Positions 1 to 11,333 are shown, counted from the first letter of the stretch. The stretch is DNA of 56,083 nucleotides from Octopus bimaculoides (GCF_001194135.2 NC_068983.1:102385033-102441115); one strand, 5' to 3'. Made by a program: numbers and translations. Notes: generated by a model from the sequence alone, not told the origin.

Positions 1-416
1 ATATATATATATATATATAGTAGGATCAATCAATTGATAGTGGTAAAAACTCTCGGTTAGTATGTAACATAAACAAGGCTTGAATCAAAAACAGAAATAA
101 ATTGATAATTGACCAATAAAATTTATTAATCAATGCATCAAATATACTTAATTGCATATCCAGATTAGACATAAGATGGCAGATGCTATACAACTCCATT
201 TTGAAAGGAACAATTGTCACTTTTTCAGTAATCAAGTCTTTAATGAAAGGAATGGAAGAAGTAGTCAAGCACTACAACTGTTTCAAAAGGGACACTTGGT
301 GCGTATTATGCAACATTGCAAATATTTCATGACTATCTGGTGTTCTTTCCCATAACATGCATGTGGTTATCTAGTTGAAAGTTATTTGGTATGATATATA
401 TCTATATCTACATTAA

Positions 417-579
417 TCACTTGCCACATCGCAGTTCACCTATCATGCCCTCAGTACATCGTGGATTTTTCTGGTTAATATATGTAAATTTATATCGTGG
501 GCTCTTCAGTATATCATGGGTTTCTGTGGCTGATAGGTAGATTTTGATTATTTCTGTGGTAAAATAAGCATTTTCACGC
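417..579 (-). CDS. Candidate terminal coding exon (T)RENAYFTTEIIKIYLSATETHDILKSPRYKFTYINQKNPRCTEGMIGELRCGK*
   Basis: Minus-strand acceptor ...tttattaaattttag|G at 579. Only one frame stays open, to TGA at 417-419. CpG-enriched relative to flanks. AATAAA on minus at 122-127. Phase matches the donor of the 13227-13386 candidate exon. No homology recognised. Confidence 0.3.
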
Positions 580-769
580 CTAAAATTTAATAAACTAATA
601 AATAAAGATATAGACAGTACTGCACTGTATAACACATCAATTAAAATATATTAAAAGAAGATATGTTGTGCATCATAGATGAGTAAACAAAGAACTGCAC
701 ATACTGTATGGAAAAGTAAACTTGGGAGGCGAGTGTGTGATGTTGTTTTGTATTTCTAATAAAATATAT

Positions 770-1158
770 GTTGTTGTTGGCACTCCGTCGCTTACGAAGT
801 CGAGGGTTCCAGTTGATCCGATCAACGGAACAGCCTGCTCGTGAAATTAACGTGCAAGTGGCTGAGCACTCCACAGACATGTGTACCCTTAAAGTAGTTC
901 TTGGGGATATTCAGCATGACGCAGAGTGTGACAAGGCTGGCCCTTTGAATTATAGGTACAACAGAATCTGGAAGAAAGAGTGAGAGAAAGTTGTGGTGGA
1001 AGAGTACAGCAGGGTTCACCACCATCCCCTGCTGGAACCTCGTGGAGCTTTAGGTGTTTTCGCTCAATAAACACTCACAACACCCGGTCTGGGATTTGAA
1101 ACCGTGATCCTATGACCGCGAGTCTGCTGCCCTAACCACTGGGCCATTGCGCCTCCAC
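770..1158 (-). mobile_element. tRNA-derived SINE, full length, (AAC)n tail
   Basis: Minus head gtggaggcgcaatggcccagtggttagggcagcagactcgcggtcataggatcacggtttcaaatccc with A/B-box-like motifs. 13-bp TSD taataaaatatat at 757-769 and 1159-1171. Near-identical copy at 20901-21282. Confidence 0.9.
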
Positions 1159-1476
1159 TAATAAAATATATACAAATTATAAAAATAATTAAAAAAAATA
1201 TACAGTACAGTGTTGTTTCTACTTCACTGATTTTCACCTATCGCAAGGGGTTTTGGAATGTAATTCTCGCAATATCTATATCTGTATGTGTATATATATA
1301 TAAATGTATATATATTTTATTCAACGCATATTAATGCTTGACTACTTCTTCCATTCCATACACTTCTTCTACTTCTATCTTTCTACTTGTTCTACCATAC
1401 ATTTCAGCGCTTCGAAAACAAACTTGTTTGTTTACATACACTGTAATATATATATATATATATATANNNNNNNNNN

Positions 1477-1953
1477 TGCTGAACCCAACGACTTGCAGAT
1501 GGTGTATCCCATTGAATTCATTAACTTAATTCATAGCTAAAGTGACAACTTTTATTTTTATTTTTATTTTTGTTTTTGTTTATATTCTTGTTTCTATTTC
1601 ACCTTTGTTTTTACCTCTTACTCTATATTTGTATGAAATTCTTTGTGAATCTCTGAAGAGGCCTAGCAAATCGTGCATGTACCCCCATTTCAGTATTTCA
1701 TCCGATAATCACTCCGGCAGGAAATATTCGGATAGAATGGGGCATGCCAAAGCTAGGCCGAAACAGCTGTAAGATTAAACTGTTGTTCATTCTCTAATCC
1801 CTTATGTACTTTGTACTTTTATCTGTAAACCCAGTTGTCAAAATAACATGGTTTGTCATAAACACCTGTACTTTGTGGTTTTTGTCACTTTAGCTATGAA
1901 TTAAGTTAATGAATTCAACGGAATACACCGTCTGCAAGTTATTAGATTCAACA
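1477..1953. mobile_element. Fold-back element with 72-bp inverted arms enclosing a hammerhead ribozyme (probably PLE-related, non-autonomous)
   Basis: Arms 1477-1548 and 1882-1953 match at 64/72, inner 37 bp identical. Left end follows (TA)n plus a gap; right end is followed by TA. Confidence 0.8.
1648..1776 (+). ncRNA. Type I hammerhead ribozyme with extended stem II
   Basis: Stem I aatct(1648-52)/agatt(1772-76). Core CTGAAGA 1653-59. Stem II GGCCTAGC(1660-67)/GCTAGGCC(1752-59). GAAA 1760-63. Palindromic minimal stem III CAGCTG. Cleavage triplet GTA 1769-71. Confidence 0.85.
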
Positions 1954-2289
1954 TATTATCCTCCATTTTCTAATTGATATACAAATTTAGGGTAACCCCC
2001 CCTTTTACCCACTCCCATTTATTGCACTTGGTATAACACTAGTGTAACAATAATTGGGTACCCTCCCAGCAGTATATTGGATAGATACTATCCTTTAGTG
2101 GGTTGAATCCTCAACGCCTAACTCTCTTGCATTACATACATATATAGATAGATAAATATACCTAAACATATACAGAGAGAGAGAGAGAGAGAGATCCATA
2201 CCTACTTACCTACCTGCCTCTCTCCCTACCTATCTACCTACTTACCTACCTTGCTTCCCTCATGCATACATACATTTATACATACATAC

Positions 2290-2940
2290 TTTGTGGAGTT
2301 AACACTGAAAATATCACTCACATCAGAAGCAGTTGTCCAAAAGTGTCATCATGGTATAATCTATTGATGAGACATAATATTGTAGCTAGGACACAGTATA
2401 ACAAGATCCATTGAAAGGATAACACTAAGGACAAAGCAATAAGAACCCATAGTATTGTGGAAGCCATAGCCACTCATAATAAAAAGGAGTACTGGTCAAA
2501 TGTCCCAGTGAAAACCTCAATAAAATGTAAACACAATAGACCTGATATGGATAGAGGAGAGAAAATGTCTACAGTTGTGGAAATCAGCTGCCCAACAGAT
2601 GTTAACATAAAGCTGAAGATCTTTAGAGAATACCTTTGCTGAACTATTGAGAAATCTGCAGTTACTCTATCCAGATTACAAGTTCAGGTTTATACTTATA
2701 ATTATTGGGGCATTAGGATATGTAACACACTGCTTAAATATCAATCTTGAGAAATTAGGTTTCTCAAAACCAGAAAGGAGAAAGCTAATTTGAAGGCTAC
2801 AGATCCAAGCTATCACTGGACCTGTAAAAATCTGTAAAACTTTCCAAAAGTTTATCATTTAAGTATATATAAGCATGTCTAGACATGCAACTATTTGCAT
2901 CAGAAGACATACATAAAATAAAGTATACAAATCTGCATGT
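2290..2940 (+). mobile_element. 3' fragment of RLE-type (R4/Dong/NeSL-like) non-LTR retrotransposon
   Basis: Degenerate zinc knuckle (LCGVNTENITHIRSSCPK..RHN) followed by endonuclease-like motifs (RPDM..VVEISCPTD..LLRNLQLLYPDYKFRFILIIIGALGYV). Frameshifted. Confidence 0.85.
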
Positions 2941-2947
2941 ATACATA

Positions 2948-3098
2948 GAGTGGGTGTGTGGTAAGTAGCTTGCTTACCAACCACATGGTTCCGGGTTCAG
3001 TCCCACTGTGTGGCACCTTGGGCAAGTGTCTTCTCTTGTAGCCTCGGGCTGACCAAAGCCTTGTGAGTGTATTTGGTAGACGGAAACTGAAAGTGCGT

Positions 3099-3129
<31 letters not shown>

Positions 3130-3538
3130 TTTATTATATGTATTTATTTTCTCCTAATCAATAAATAACTTGGACAAAATAAATTGTTTAATAGATACCA
3201 GGGTAGCAAAGATCACAAAATAACTGTGGTGTAACTCCTGTTTATGAGGTAGAAACTCCTTGATATTTTGGGTACTTGAGTGTATATAAATTTAATGAAT
3301 GGAGTATGTATGTATTTGTGTATATGTATGTGTTTATGTGTTTGTCCCCCCAACATCACTTGACAACCAATGCTGGTATGTTTATGTCCCCGTAACTTAG
3401 TGGTTCAGCAAAAAAAAAAAGACCAATGGAATAAGTACAAGGCTTACAAAGAACAAGTCCTGGGGTCAATTTCTTCAACTAAAGGTGGTACTCCAGCATG
3501 GCCACAGTCAAATGACTGAAACAAATAAAAGAATAAAG
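2948..3538 (+). mobile_element. Abundant SINE family A (tRNA-like head, internal microsatellite, ...aatgactgaaacaagtaaaaga tail), interrupted at about 3130-3300
   Basis: Head gtgtggtaagtagcttgcttaccaaccacatggttccgggttcagtccc and tail shared with copies at 8.9, 12.5, 26.6 and 45 kb. Confidence 0.8.
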
Positions 3539-3672
3539 GAATACATACATACATACATACATACATACACACAAAGATACGCTGTTGTTGATGTTGAAAT
3601 TCCAATAAAGGAGCCTTAGATCTAGATTAGACATGGGCTCTTTCTCTATTGGCAAGAAATCTNNNNNNNNNN

Positions 3673-3723
<51 letters not shown>

Positions 3724-4190
3724 ACACATACACACACATGGAGACATACATGCATATCCATATTAATTTTCATCATTAACTGTAGTGGTCACATATTTAT
3801 TGCCTTGGTAACAAGAGCCTGTCTGATCCTGTGAAGATAGTATTCTCCTTCATATATGATTTTCAGTATAAATGGAAATTAAATTAAGAGGTCTTTAAAG
3901 AATTAACAGCTTGATCAAAGAGATGTAATATCTAATGTACAGGCATGAGATGGTATCTACTGATATCAGTTTATATTCGTGCACATGCACACACATATGC
4001 ACACACACTCATACACAACCACATACACATGCATCACATGTATATGTACATACACAAAAACAATACTTTAGATATAGCAGCCAAATTTCCCTCAAATCAT
4101 TTCACTTACACACATATTTGATTCGCCGTTCCTTAGCAGTTGCCATGTTTCTTTTTGATTATGCCAAATCATGTTTTGTGTGAGTGTATG

Positions 4191-6012
4191 TCGTGGAATG
4201 ATGTCAATGGCTGGGGAGCTTACTGGAACTTGGGGGTTGAGCAGAAGAGGAAGGGTGCACAGGTGGGCGAAGATTGCACCCTTTACGATCAGGAAAGCTG
4301 TGAGTGAAGGACGTGTCAGTGTTCTGTGAAAGTGAGGGAAGGCAGCTGCTATGTTAGCATTTCGGGACGGGCTACATGGAAGGATATGCTACCACCCAAC
4401 AGGTTTGCGCCAACGAAGCGAAGGTAGGTGTCTTACTTCTAATCTCCTGCATTCACTACAAGCTATTTCGGCACTCCACATAAGATGTCACCACGATGGC
4501 AGCTAAAATTAGGATCGCCAGCGACGTTATCAGGTCCGTTAATGATGAGGGTGATGTAGTGGCCTGGATGCGTAAAATCAGGCTTGTGGCAAGATTGCAA
4601 GGCATTAGCGATGTGGCGAGCCTTATGGCGCTATATTTAGAAGGGAGCGCATTGACTCGATATCTCGAGATGGATGAAGAAGAACAACTGAGCAAGGAGA
4701 AGATTGAGCAACGTCTGAGAGAGGCTTACACCGAGTGTGAGTATACAGCCTTTGTTAAGCTGGGAATGATTAGATGGACGGGAGAGCAGGCGTAGGTGCA
4801 TAGGCTGGCCACACTGGCTGGGTTTACGGGAGAAGGCCTGGATAGAGCAGCGCGACTGGCGTTTGTGAGTGGGTTCCCTGATGACGTAAGGATTCAAACT
4901 GCAGCAATTGCCTGGGGGCAAAAAGATGGTGCTGAGCGAACTTGTAGCTCAAGCTCATGTGTTGACGTGAAACACTGGACGGAAGGCGATAGCGATGGTG
5001 GTAATGGAGGTGCATAATGATGGATGACGGCTGGAGAAAGATGCAAAGAAGCCTACCGTGCAACGACAGCGGCTGTTCTCTGGCTGCATATGGCGAGGGA
5101 GTGTACACAACCAGGGCCCATCTGCTATCGATGCAGGCAGATAGGGTACATTGCCTGTGATTGCAACCAGGGAAATGACCGTGGGGAAGTTGCTGTCTCT
5201 CGAACTTTCCCCGCAAATGAGCAGAGGTGTTTGTGGTGGTGCTGCCCGTACATGATATTGAGGCCAAGGGGAATACATTCAAGGCCCTCATGGATATGGG
5301 TTGCACGACCACCCTCGTGACTGTAAGAGTGATGAAGAAGTGGAATGGGGCAAGTAGCGTCTGGGTGGTTGACAGCAGCGAAATCCGATGAAAGGGCAGC
5401 AGCAATGTAGAGATAGCGGTGCGAGGCACAATGCTAAGGCTGCAGGTAATTGTGATTGAACATGTGGTAGACAGAGTTGATGTGGTGATGGGGATGGACG
5501 CCATCAACTGCCTTGGTGGTGTCAGGATTGCAGGAGATGAGGTCACGTTCGGAAGCATGGGGGTGTCGTGCACTGTGAGTCAGGATCGCCAGAGAGAGCA
5601 AAGCTCCATGATGGACTGCGCCGCTTACACCCTTGAGGACAAGGATTTTCAGGCGGCATTCGATGGTCGGCAGTGGACGATAGAGTGGCAGTGGAAAGAT
5701 GAGCCCCCGATGCTGAAGAACAGGGTGAGCTGCTACCAGCGTACCCTGAAAGGTCACTCCAGGGTTGAGTTTGAAGATAAGGTAGATAGATGGATCAAGA
5801 AAGAAGTCCTTATCTCGTGGAAGGAGGAGGTGGTGAGCGGAGTACTACCTCTGATGGTGGTGGTGCAGCCGACGAAGGGAAAAGTCAGACCGGTGCTGGA
5901 CTTTAGAGAACTGAACGACTATATATTGTGCCACATGGGAGGCAAAACGATGGACATTTGTGGTGAGACGTTACGTGTATGGAGACAGTTGACCAAGGCA
6001 GCGACGATTGTT
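4191..6012 (+). mobile_element. Degenerate, 3'-truncated Gypsy/Ty3 LTR retrotransposon (putative 5' LTR, gag, protease, start of RT)
   Basis: GC-rich island. gag-like ORF 4496-4795. CCHC-like knuckle CYRCRQIGYIACDC. Protease motif decayed to KALMDMG. RT N-terminus LPLMVVVQPTKGKVRPVLDFRELN in ORF 5419-6075. Stops and frameshifts. Putative LTR about 4191-4480 (tgt...aca). Confidence 0.88.
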
Positions 6013-6442
6013 CTGTGTGCTCTTAGTGCTTATTGTTCCTGCACATCTGCCACATACAAAGACAACTTCATCTAGCAATGAGAGAAAGGAAGGGGTGATA
6101 GATGAATAAGGAAGGAAGGGGTGAAAAAATCTGAGTGAGTATATGTGTGTATGTGTGTGCATGCACAAGGGGAGTATGTGAATGTTTGATTATTATGTAC
6201 TTTATTTATATATAAGATACTACAATTATTGATGGCACATGGTCAGCTAGTGTAATAATAAATTTCTTTAAAGAAGAGTGTTTATAATTAACAATAAATC
6301 AAATATGAGTAAATATAGTGGTTTTATAGTTGTGTTGTTTTGACTGCTATTTCTAAACATGTAAGGGTTTTCTGCAACCCTCTCCATTATAGTTGTGATT
6401 TATTCATAATTATAAACATTCTTCTTATATATATATATATAT

Positions 6443-6787
6443 AAGCAATGTTAAATCTCTGAACGAGGTATTAACAGTAACTGCACGATAAAGTGAAGTA
6501 TATTTGCCATTTAAATGTGGCTGACCCCTAAGGGTGGATGTTACTGTTGCTTTTAGCCCCAGGAGAACATCTCCAGCTGGCTTATCGACACACATCTGTG
6601 TCCTGTCTATTTTTGCCAAGGGAAGTTATCCCTCCCATCTTGGTCTGCGATACGTACGGACCCGAGTTTCAGGGTTATTTCCCTTCTTCAGCGTACGATA
6701 ATCGCCGACCTAAAAGCAACAGTAACATCCACCCTTAGGGGTCAGCCACATTTAAATGGCAAATATACTTCACTTTATCGTGCAGTT
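6443..6787. mobile_element. Fold-back element with perfect 78-bp inverted arms enclosing a hammerhead ribozyme
   Basis: Arms 6479-6556 and 6710-6787 are 78/78 reverse complements. Right arm runs into an N gap. Left end abuts (TA)n. Core shared with 50482-50706 and 51965-52038. Confidence 0.8.
6642..6710 (-). ncRNA. Type I hammerhead ribozyme
   Basis: Minus strand ggtcggcgattat-cgtacg-CTGAAGA-AGGG-aaataa-CCCT-GAAA-ctcggGTC-cgtacg-ta-tcgc-a-gacc: 6-bp stem I with distal extension, 4-bp stem II, GUC cleavage triplet (cut after forward position 6659). Confidence 0.85.
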
Positions 6788-7172
6788 NNNNNNNNNNNNN
6801 NNNNNNNNNNNNNNNNNNNNNNNNNNNNNNNNNNNNNNNNNNNNNNNNNNNNNNNNNNNNNNNNNNNNNNNNNNNNNNNNNNNNNNNNNNNNNNNNNNNN
6901 NNNNNNNNNNNNNNNNNNNNNNNNNNNNNNNNNNNNNNNNNNNNNNNNNNNNNNNNNNNNNNNNNNNNNNNNNNNNNNNNNNNNNNNNNNNNNNNNNNNN
7001 NNNNNNNNNNNNNNNNNNNNNNNNNNNNNNNNNNNNNNNNNNNNNNNNNNNNNNNNNNNNNNNNNNNNNNNNNNNNNNNNNNNNNNNNNNNNNNNNNNNN
7101 NNNNNNNNNNNNNNNNNNNNNNNNNNNNNNNNNNNNNNNNNNNNNNNNNNNNNNNNNNNNNNNNNNNNNNNN

Positions 7173-7211
<39 letters not shown>

Positions 7212-7689
7212 AAGAAAACAAAGGCTGCGGGCTGTCAGAATCATTAGCATGTGGAGCAAAATGCATAGTCGCATTTTCACTGTCTTTATGTTCTGAGTTC
7301 AAATTCTGGAGTGGTTAGCTTTGCCTTTCATTCTTTCAAGGTTGATAAGATAAATACAGGCTTTGTGCCTATAGTAGAAAGGATATATATATATAACAAA
7401 AGAGGAAGCTGGAGTTCACCTCTCCACTATCAATTGTGTCTTGAGTATGGTTTTTATTACAGCAGGGTAACTTTCCTTTTACTAGGCACTTTACAAAGTG
7501 AAGTGGTACTTTTTTTCAATTCATTAACACTAAAGAGGTTGTTGAGCAAGATCAAATGTGAATGGTAGACTAAATCCATAGTCAGGTTGAACATTACTGT
7601 ATTGACCTTGAGTGCCATTAGAGAGAGGTTCATTCTGTTGCTAGCAAGCATTCAGGCGAGGTTTCATATATATGCTTATATATATATAT

Positions 7690-7930
7690 TCTTTTCTTTC
7701 ATTCTTTTCTTTTACTTGTTTCAGTCATTTGACTGCAGCCATACTGGAGCACCACCTTTAGTTGAACAAATCAACCCAAGACTTATTCTTGGTAAGCCCA
7801 GTACTTATTCTATCAGCATCTTTTGCCAAACCGCTAAGTTACAAGGCCAACATCAGCACACCAACATCAACATACCAACATCAGTTGTCAAGTGATGGTC
7901 TGGGGACAAACACAGACACACAAATACATA
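7690..7930 (-). mobile_element. SINE family A, 3' half
   Basis: tttacttgtttcagtcatttgactgcagccatactggagcaccacc... is the reverse complement of the family tail; runs into (TA)n and a gap. Confidence 0.8.
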
Positions 7931-8469
7931 TATATATATGTATATATANNNNNNNNNNNNNNNNNNNNNNNNNNNNNNNNNNNNNNNNNNNNNNNNNNNN
8001 NNNNNNNNNNNNNNNNNNNNNNNNNNNNNNNNNNNNNNNNNNNNNNNNNNNNNNNNNNNNNNNNNNNNNNNNNNNNNNNNNNNNNNNNNNNNNNNNNNNN
8101 NNNNNNNNNNNNNNNNNNNNNNNNNNNNNNNNNNNNNNNNNNNNNNNNNNNNNNNNNNNNNNNNNNNNNNNNNNNNNNNNNNNNNNNNNNNNNNNNNNNN
8201 NNNNNNNNNNNNNNNNNNNNNNNNNNNNNNNNNNNNNNNNNNNNNNNNNNNNNNNNNNNNNNNNNNNNNNNNNNNNNNNNNNNNNNNNNNNNNNNNNNNN
8301 NNNNNNNNNNNNNNNNNNNNNNNNNNNNNNNNNNNNNNNNNNNNNNNNNNNNNNNNNNNNNNNNNNNNNNNNNNNNNNNNNNNNNNNNNNNNNNNNNNNN
8401 NNNNNNNNNNNNNNNNNNNNNNNNNNNNNNNNNNNNNNNNNNNNNNNNNNNNNNNNNNNNNNNNNNNNA

Positions 8470-8501
<32 letters not shown>

Positions 8502-8504
8502 CGT

Positions 8505-8845
8505 GCGTGGTTGTGTGGTAAGAATTTAGCTTCCCAACCATATGGGTCCAGGTTCAGTCCTACTGCATGGCACCTTTGTGTCTTCTACTAAAGCCTCACA
8601 CCAACCAAAGCTTTGTGAGTGGATTTGGTAGACAGAAAATCAATAGCAGCCTGTTATATAATGTGTGTGTGTGTTTTTGTCTGATGATGGCTTGTTTACC
8701 TCCCTGTAACTTAGTAGCTTGTCAAAAGAGACCAATAAATTAAGTAACTGACTTAAAAAATTCAAGTAAAACTTTTTCAGGGTGGTGCCCCAACATGACC
8801 ACAGTCTAATGACTGAAACAAGTAAAGATTAACAAGTAAAAGAAA
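8505..8845 (+). mobile_element. SINE family A, diverged copy
   Basis: ttgtgtggtaagaatttagcttcccaaccatatgggtcc head and atgactgaaacaagtaaag tail. Confidence 0.75.
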
Positions 8846-8929
8846 TATATATATGTGTGTGTGTGTGTATGTTTATACAGGGTGCAATGGATTAATTGTT
8901 GCCATTTTATATTTTTAATTTCACACATA

Positions 8930-9314
8930 CTCTTTACTCTTTTACTTGTTTCAGTCATTTGACTGCGACCATGCTGGAGCACCACCTTTAGTCGAGCTAA
9001 TCGACCCCAGGACTTATCTTTAGAAGCCTAGTACTTATTCTATCGGTCACTTTTGCTGAACCGCTAAGTTACGGGGACATAAACACACCACCATCGGTTG
9101 TCAAGCAATGGTGGAGGGACAAACACAGACACGCAAACACACATACATATATATATACATATATACATATATACGACGGGCTTCTTTCAATTTCCGTCTA
9201 CCAAATCCACTCACAAGGCTTTGGTCGGCCTGAGGCTATAGTAGAAGACACTTGCGCAAGGTGCCACGCAGTGTGACTGAACCTGGAACCATGTGGTTGG
9301 TAAGCAAGCTACTT
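8930..9314 (-). mobile_element. SINE family A, near full length
   Basis: High similarity to the reverse complement of 12549-13038; 5' end lost in a gap. Confidence 0.85.
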
Positions 9315-9894
9315 NNNNNNNNNNNNNNNNNNNNNNNNNNNNNNNNNNNNNNNNNNNNNNNNNNNNNNNNNNNNNNNNNNNNNNNNNNNNNNNNNNNNNN
9401 NNNNNNNNNNNNNNNNNNNNNNNNNNNNNNNNNNNNNNNNNNNNNNNNNNNNNNNNNNNNNNNNNNNNNNNNNNNNNNNNNNNNNNNNNNNNNNNNNNNN
9501 NNNNNNNNNNNNNNNNNNNNNNNNNNNNNNNNNNNNNNNNNNNNNNNNNNNNNNNNNNNNNNNNNNNNNNNNNNNNNNNNNNNNNNNNNNNNNNNNNNNN
9601 NNNNNNNNNNNNNNNNNNNNNNNNNNNNNNNNNNNNNNNNNNNNNNNNNNNNNNNNNNNNNNNNNNNNNNNATATATATATATATATATAAAGTCTCATA
9701 TTCTATCTTCCATCTTCCATTTGCCATATATACATATATACATGTGCATATATATATATTTATATAGATATATAGATATGTATATATACAAACATGTATA
9801 TATATTATATATATAAATATATGTATACATATATGTGTATATATGTATGTATATTTGGGAAGTCTAGTGTGTGGCATTATTCTGTAGTAATGCC

Positions 9895-9967
<73 letters not shown>

Positions 9968-10609
9968 TGACTATCATCCATGTAGCATCTCTTATATTCC
10001 TTCCCATGACTTTCATCTTCTATGTTCCTGCTGTTAGGCTTCACTTTCACACACACCAGCTTAATTTAATTCGTCTTTAGTCGAAAGATGCCTGTTGTTA
10101 ATGTTCTGTTGTTTGTATTTGTAATTGTGTACCTTTTCTCCATTTTTTTTCATCTTTGCTTTCATATACATTTGCTTGGTTTCTTTCAAAGAATCTAGTG
10201 CTCTTAGCTTAGATTTTCTTGGGGCCAACCAGATTAGAGCAGTCGAAACTGCAAAAATGATCTACTACTCGACTGAAGATTGAAAGCTCTGAATGACCTG
10301 GCCTTATTGTTTTCCTGTCCTGTTTTGTATTGTCTAACTTGTCTCTTTCTTTCTTTTGTTGTCTTACCTTTTCTATCAATATATATATATATTCATACAT
10401 ATATACAAGATTCAAGGATTGAGTTGTAGGAAGAAAGTTATCTTCAAGCAAACTGTAGTAAATATAAAAACAACTTTCAAGGACAATAATGGTTTATTGA
10501 GTTGGAAGGTTGTGGATTTTTTTTTTTTTATTGAAGTATGAGAAATTGAAAAAAAGTTCTTTTAATAATTCACGGTAGGTTGCCGGGTATGCAAATAAGA
10601 ACACAAGAG

Positions 10610-10911
10610 TTAAGGAATGGAGCAGATAAGATTTAGGCTACATATGTTTTATAGCGAGTGGAACCTTGGAAGTGGTAAATATCCACACAAGGTGTATACT
10701 GCAGGTTGCTCTTCAGGTGAAGGATGTCTTGATTAAATGAAAGTTTACATTGTCGCGAGGCAGTACATGTTAACACATGGAAGGTTCAATCAGACTGTGA
10801 TTAAATTCTCATTTTGTCCCTGGGAAGATCTTCAAACATTCTGATTGAATCTTCTATGTGTTAACATGTACCTCCTTGCGTAACCCAGATCTCATCTATT
10901 CCATTCCTTAA
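10610..10911. mobile_element. MITE-like element with nested inverted repeats
   Basis: Outer arms 10610-10640/10881-10911 (25/31, both ends TTAA). Inner arms 10763-10794/10840-10871 (30/32). Confidence 0.5.
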
Positions 10912-11017
10912 TATATATATATTGCTGAGATCATAAGAATTTTATGAACTTTCAAGAGAACATGAAATAAATCTTTTTGGGGGTATTTGTCTTGAAACAC
11001 ATACAAAGCTATAAATA

Positions 11018-11333
11018 AAAAATGATAAACATCGCCCTTTCAAAGCCTAGCCAGGCTCATGGGCCCAGTTTCCCGGTTTCTATGGCATATGTGTTTCCCC
11101 CAGCTGGACGGGACACCAGTCCATCGCAGCGTTACTCAAGAAACAGGAAGAAAGAGTGAGAGAAAGTTGGGGCGAAAGAATACAACAGGGGTCGACACCA
11201 CCCCCTGCCGGAGCCTCATGGAGTTTAGGTGTTTTCGCTCAATAAACACTCACAACACCCGGTCTGGGAATCGAAACCATAATCCTCCAACTGCGAGTCC
11301 ACTGCCCTAACCACTGGGCCATTGTGCCTCCAC
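11018..11333 (-). mobile_element. tRNA-derived SINE (same head as 770-1158, different 3' end)
   Basis: 15-bp TSD acaaagctataaata at 11003-11017 and 11334-11348. Head gtggaggcacaatggcccagtggttagggcag. Confidence 0.9.

Noticed and set aside
770-1158. tRNA-like sequences at SINE heads
   Set aside because: They continue into SINE bodies with TSDs and lack complete cloverleaf ends; not tRNA genes.
1477-1953. All eight arm mismatches are transitions (possible RNA-editing imprint)
   Set aside because: About half fall at CpG/TpG/CpA sites and ordinary transition bias explains the rest.
4824-5573. 249-aa minus-strand ORF
   Set aside because: Antisense shadow of GC-rich Gypsy gag/protease; no independent motifs.
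6735-9877. Long ORFs in the supplied track spanning N runs (also at 24.8-25.4, 26.6-27.3 and 41.4-41.8 kb)
   Set aside because: Open only because N and (TA)n/(TG)n tracts contain no stop codons.
10230-10295. CTGAAGA and GAAA motifs close together
   Set aside because: No consistent stems I-III could be formed in any topology.
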